Assembly: GCA_022813965.1 (NCBI GenBank)
Contig: JALDZS010000162.1
Coordinates: 1 to 53,721, forward strand
Source of the DNA: Toensbergia leucococca
Taxonomy: Eukaryota
Direction of reading: 5' to 3'
DNA length: 53,721 bases
Position 1 is the stretch's first letter. Every line of letters begins with the position of its first letter. Shown piece after piece: positions 49,601 through 53,721 of this stretch. A model generated the notes under the pieces. The model was not told the DNA's origin. It was given only the letters and a program-made list of their open reading frames with translations, and made no database searches. The translations under genes were made by a program, and so were the position numbers.

Positions 49601-50738
49601 AGCATCCGCGTCTTGAGAACGAGAACCAGTATGCAAGGCACGATAAATGTCATTCCCTCGCCCTTCATGATACTGAGAGTTGACTATCTTTACGTTTTGA
49701 GAACTTCTGGTCCAGTCCAAAAACGACAGCAGTGATGGTCTGTTAACGGCCCAGTGAAGTTCTCAGATACTCCCGCCTAGATATCATCATGTGTCAATAA
49801 ACATTATTCCTGAAACATGATGCTGACTACTTGAAGTTTTAGACGGAGTCTGTGTGGCGTCCTTGGTAATAGAGACCGCCTGTTGTGAGTTCATTCTGGC
49901 GCAATCAAAAAACTTTGAGACCATAGACTCCGTTCTGGACGCATATGTTCCTACCTTCAACAAGAAATCCCTTCAAGAATCATCTTCTGGATTATATTGC
50001 CATGGTCGAGGTGACTTTTGACGGTTGTGAGAGCAGCATCGAAACCAGCCAGTGCATTTTGCAGGCCTTGCAAAATTGTGATGACAACTCAGTAGGATCT
50101 TGTATCTTTCAGTACCTTAACAAACATCGCGGCAGACACAAGAAAATAACGTACCTGCGAGTGGCGATAGAGACAAGCTTACGAAAGTGCGGCAACCATC
50201 AAACTTTTAATAGATGATGCAAATTTGTGACTTACGACGAGGATGAAAAGACCCAAAATGAAAAGGCCGACAAGCCGACAAGCCCGGGAGATCAAGGACA
50301 CAGACCCTCAAAGGACGCTCTCGTACGCCTCATTATGGGCTGCGGACAGCACATCAGAATTATTTGAGGACTGGGTCAGCTCGTACTCGTACACATGACA
50401 AGTCCTCGACTTCCACGTCAAGGCAGCACGATTTCCAGGGTAACGTCTTCGGGTTCCATAATCGCAATCATCTTCGCTACGAGTAACATTGTCTCAAAGT
50501 CCATCTGATCCAATCTTGACTGTTCCCCTCGTCGCCTGGGTTTTGCGAAGCTATTCTACCGCACCTACAACAGTTTATCGCTAACGTAGGACGCGCACTA
50601 TCCCCCAATACATTAATGGACTACGTAATTCATTTGTCTCATCATATGCGATTTCGTAACATATTGTGTTATAATCTCTTCAGTTCATCCGGTAATCGCA
50701 AGTTTTCCAGCGCCTTCTCAGACCTACACGAATGCGCC

Positions 50739-51302
50739 ATGTGCGCTCACCACCTCTCCGTTACTATCATACTCTTTCTTCGTTTCTCATCTCCTATCAT
50801 CGCTACTCCTTTAGATTCTCATGTCCGCTCTCCTCCCAATACCTACGGCGGTCCCACAGTGCAATGTTTTGACAGTGTTGTTGGCTCCAGCCATCTTTCC
50901 TCCGTTGGCCCCCTCGCGATGGACTGCTATAACGCTATCGGCATGTTTCCATATAGCCGCAATCCCAACACGATGATACGCTTTACGAACCAGGATAATC
51001 TCTCAGGAGTTCACGTTCCTTTCACGCGGAGCCTTCGCACCTGCACGGTCACACTGGACCTACTCCCTGGTATAGATAATGATGGAGGAACTGCCACGTG
51101 GCGAACGATAACCTCGGTAGCGATGCAGGTTGTGAGCTCGTGTGTGACAGAGACACTCATGGGAGGCACGGGAGTTGTAGGATCTGGATCCGGCTTGCAG
51201 GTTGTAGTTTGTGGAGGTGCACCCGCCAAGGGACCCGGGAAGCCAGGGATTAGGAGGGTATGCTCAGATCTTGCAAAGAAACTTGTTAGGATAAGCCCCT
51301 AG
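50739..51302 (+). CDS. Small secreted cysteine-containing protein (possible Ecp2/KP4-like effector fold)
   Basis: Signal-like N-terminus from ATG 50739; Cys pattern QCF...DCYNAI...VP......TCTVTLD...TWRTI...SCV....GGTG...LQVVVC. 3' end uncertain (possible donor GTATGC near 51257 abutting the repeat region). Confidence 0.65.
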   Translation: MCAHHLSVTIILFLRFSSPIIATPLDSHVRSPPNTYGGPTVQCFDSVVGSSHLSSVGPLAMDCYNAIGMFPYSRNPNTMIRFTNQDNLSGVHVPFTRSLRTCTVTLDLLPGIDNDGGTATWRTITSVAMQVVSSCVTETLMGGTGVVGSGSGLQVVVCGGAPAKGPGKPGIRRVCSDLAKKLVRISP

Positions 51303-51340
51303 TAACCTAGAGCGTGCTATTTTTTTTGAATCTTTTTAGT

Positions 51341-51955
51341 TTCTTCATTGAGTGCATGCAGCCTCAAGGCTATATTACTGACTAAGTCTATATATATACT
51401 GTTAAAAGGGTCACTTATAAGTGCAAGATATCTTAAGAGTAACAGGGGTTTTAGTGTACTTTTTCAAGGGGGTTTTTACTTGAAACATTAGATTTAAAAT
51501 AAATTCAATTGTCATTAGAAAGTTATTATGCATCTCAATTAATCTTAAATCTTAGTTAAAGAAGATTACAACTTAATATAAAGTTAGATTTTATTATTTA
51601 GTGTGTGCAAAATTCTAGAGACAAATTAGATTTCTACAATTTTTTTCTTTTTATAGAATTTGTATAATATAATAACTTCTATTATCTATACACCTCAATT
51701 TAATAATTCTACACCTGATTTTTAATAATTTTACACACCTTCTCAAAACATTTCTGATATGTGCATAGAGATTTTATATTACATTCTGACTCAATTCTTT
51801 ATGCTGTCAGATGCATAATCACCTTCTCAAACATATAGAAAATTAAGTTGATTTCACAACACATTAACACTTAATATTCTGTATTTTTTAATTTTTTTAT
51901 TTCTTCATTAAGTGTATGCAGCCTTAAGGCTATAACACTGACTTAGTCTATATAT
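51341..51955 (+). repeat. 55-bp direct repeat pair (51341-51395 and 51901-51955)
   Basis: 49/55 identical by manual alignment; both copies preceded by T-rich tracts. Confidence 0.9.
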
Positions 51956-52602
51956 GTGCAAGTATAAAAAAATCTTGTATTATCTGGCATACTCTCTGTT
52001 AATCAGTCTATAGTTGTTAATGTAGCAATAACAGACTAACATTTCAAGTATTTTTATCTTTTCTCTCTCTTAATATCTTCTTATTTTTCTTGTCTCTCAT
52101 AGCACTCATTAAAGTCTTTTAGTATTCATCTTTTAATAACAATTCTAATAGTTCTTAAGTAAAGCAAGGTATGCTTTATTTCTTTCTTAATAGTAAGAAG
52201 TGTTTTTAAATTTACTGACATTTTCTAATCTAACTTCTTTCTTATCCCCTTTATAGTTATATAAGCAGTCATCTCTTATTGTTACTCTAGAGGTTAGTGC
52301 TTGAGTAGAGCAATCAATTAAATTATTAGCATTATATCTTAATTGCTTTTATAAACATATAAATAAATCTTTTTCTGTCAGAAGGGACTGATAGGATTGT
52401 GGTGCCAGTGTAGTTATTAGATGGTATCTAAAGTCTGTGTGGGAGACAGAATATGTACACAGACTTTAAGCAAAGAACTAACCACATTTGGTCTTAGTTC
52501 AAAACAGGCATGCTTTTGGTGTTAGGCCAACATAGACACGCTGTCAACACAACAACAACGCTAAAACATCTTGCTAAAGTACCTAATGTGACACAGGCAC
52601 GT

Positions 52603-52651
52603 ACACCTGCACACACCTGCACACACCTGCACACACCTGCACACACCTGCA
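52603..52651. repeat. Tandem repeat (ACACACCTGC) x ~5
   Basis: Read directly. Confidence 0.95.
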
Positions 52652-52699
52652 TGCTGACACACCCCCTCAGAATCATAATTCTTTGATTCTGACACCTAA

Positions 52700-53721
52700 A
52701 ATGCAGGTGAGCAAGTAGCCATGCAAGTAGCCCTAGGCGTAGCCGTTTGTTGTTTTGCAGGTAGCAATAAGCCCTGTAGATACGTTATTCCTTAGATAAC
52801 TTGTTGAAGTCCTTCTGGATCTCAAATCTATAACATCTGTAGGTTATTGAATGTAATCTGTGTAATATGTGACAGAGATCCTAGCCAGGTAATCTTAGAG
52901 GAGTTGCCTGTGGCTAGAAATGTTGAGAGTTCTTGCTGTTGTAAGTAGAAAGTAGCTGTTATGGCTAGAATTGCTAGAGTTCTTAGCTTATCTGTAAAGT
53001 AAGTAGCCACCATGGTTAGAATAGCTAGAAAGGCTAGCTGAGGTAATGTTGTAGTAGCTGTTGTTGCCGTAATTGCTGAAGTGACCAGCTGAGGTAATAC
53101 TTTAGTAGTTGTTGTAACTAAAATTGCTGGAGTGACGAGCTGATCTAATGCCTTAGTAACCGTCATGCCTAAATCTGCTTTTAGACTTAAAGGTATAGGC
53201 GTGTTAGGATAAATGCCACCTCCTAGACTTAAATGCACAGGTGTAGCGTCAGAAAATACTGTCTCTGACTTCATAATTGTTGTAATAGTAGCTTTAGACC
53301 CTTTGATTAATGTTGACTCTACCTTTGTGGCTGCCATAACGGTAGATTACACAATAGCAGGCTGTCTAATTGCTGTAATGTTAGAAAACAAGGTCTCTAA
53401 CTCTGTAATAGATAGAATCTCTGCCTCTATGGTTGCCATAACTGCAAAAAACACATCCTTTGTCTCTGTAATTGACAGAATGTCTGTTAACACAGTTGTA
53501 GTCTCTATAGTAGGCGTAGCTCTAGTCTCTGTATCTGACAGCGCAATATTAGACTCTATAGTCTCTATAGTTAGCGGCGCAATCCTAGACTCTGTGACTG
53601 ACAGCATACTCTTAGACATTGTAGTTGATGAAATAGTAGCTTCTATAGCCAGCAGCGTAAGCTTAGTCTCTGTAATTGGCGCAATCTTAGACTATAGTTG
53701 ATAACGCAATTTTGATCTCTG
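52700..53721 (-). pseudogene. RIP-damaged Thr/Ala/Glu-rich repetitive ORF, continues beyond the right edge
   Basis: ORFs 53619-53347 and 53337-52828 share a frame separated by a single stop; further stops downstream; internal peptide repeats (QLVTPAI/QLVTSAI, IAPLTIETIES/TPTIETTT). Confidence 0.5.

Larger units (their letters stand above)
51310..53721. mobile_element. AT-rich RIP-mutated repeat/transposon-derived region, class not identifiable
   Basis: Abrupt GC drop, strong TpA excess and CpG scarcity, stop-riddled reading frames on the minus strand, internal direct and tandem repeats. Confidence 0.7.

Noticed and set aside
40654..52651. CRISPR-like or telomeric arrays
   Set aside because: The repeats are spacer-less 9- and 10-bp tandem units, not TTAGGG, in a eukaryotic context.
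53213..53701. 162-aa hydrophobic plus-strand ORF
   Set aside because: Antisense shadow of the RIP'd repetitive minus-strand frame.
1..53721. tRNA, rRNA, snRNA or riboswitch genes
   Set aside because: No cloverleaf, box motifs or known conserved RNA recognised by eye; an Infernal/tRNAscan run would be needed to exclude them.

Overview
Gene-dense fungal nuclear DNA from a filamentous ascomycete (Pezizomycotina; a lichen-forming Lecanoromycete is plausible but is my inference). Introns are short (~50-60 nt) with CTRAC-type branch sites. About 20 protein-coding genes lie in the first 47 kb: a secreted alpha/beta-hydrolase, a SLY41-like TPT transporter, the complex I 78-kDa subunit, Byr4/Bfa1, an XRCC4-like protein, ERD2, a GH85 ENGase, an Ebp1-like protein, a multi-UIM protein, an MFS transporter, a CAP/PRY protein, SPATA20/YyaL, the SelO/FMP40 AMPylase, an aldo-keto reductase, a MYND protein, a BTB protein, a LicD protein and small orphans. 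The right end passes through decayed ORFs and a small cysteine-containing secreted protein into an AT-rich, RIP-mutated repeat region (51.3 kb to end). I found no tRNA, rRNA or CRISPR, and no clear multi-gene novel system. The strongest oddities are at the level of gene expression: an apparently obligatory GA-AG intron in the GH85 gene, two GC-AG introns, a -1 frameshift/ATGA overlap at an A7 run inside a UIM-array gene, and an in-frame stop splitting the MYND protein. Each could be real biology, a null allele or a consensus error. All family calls are by eye from motifs; no searches were run.
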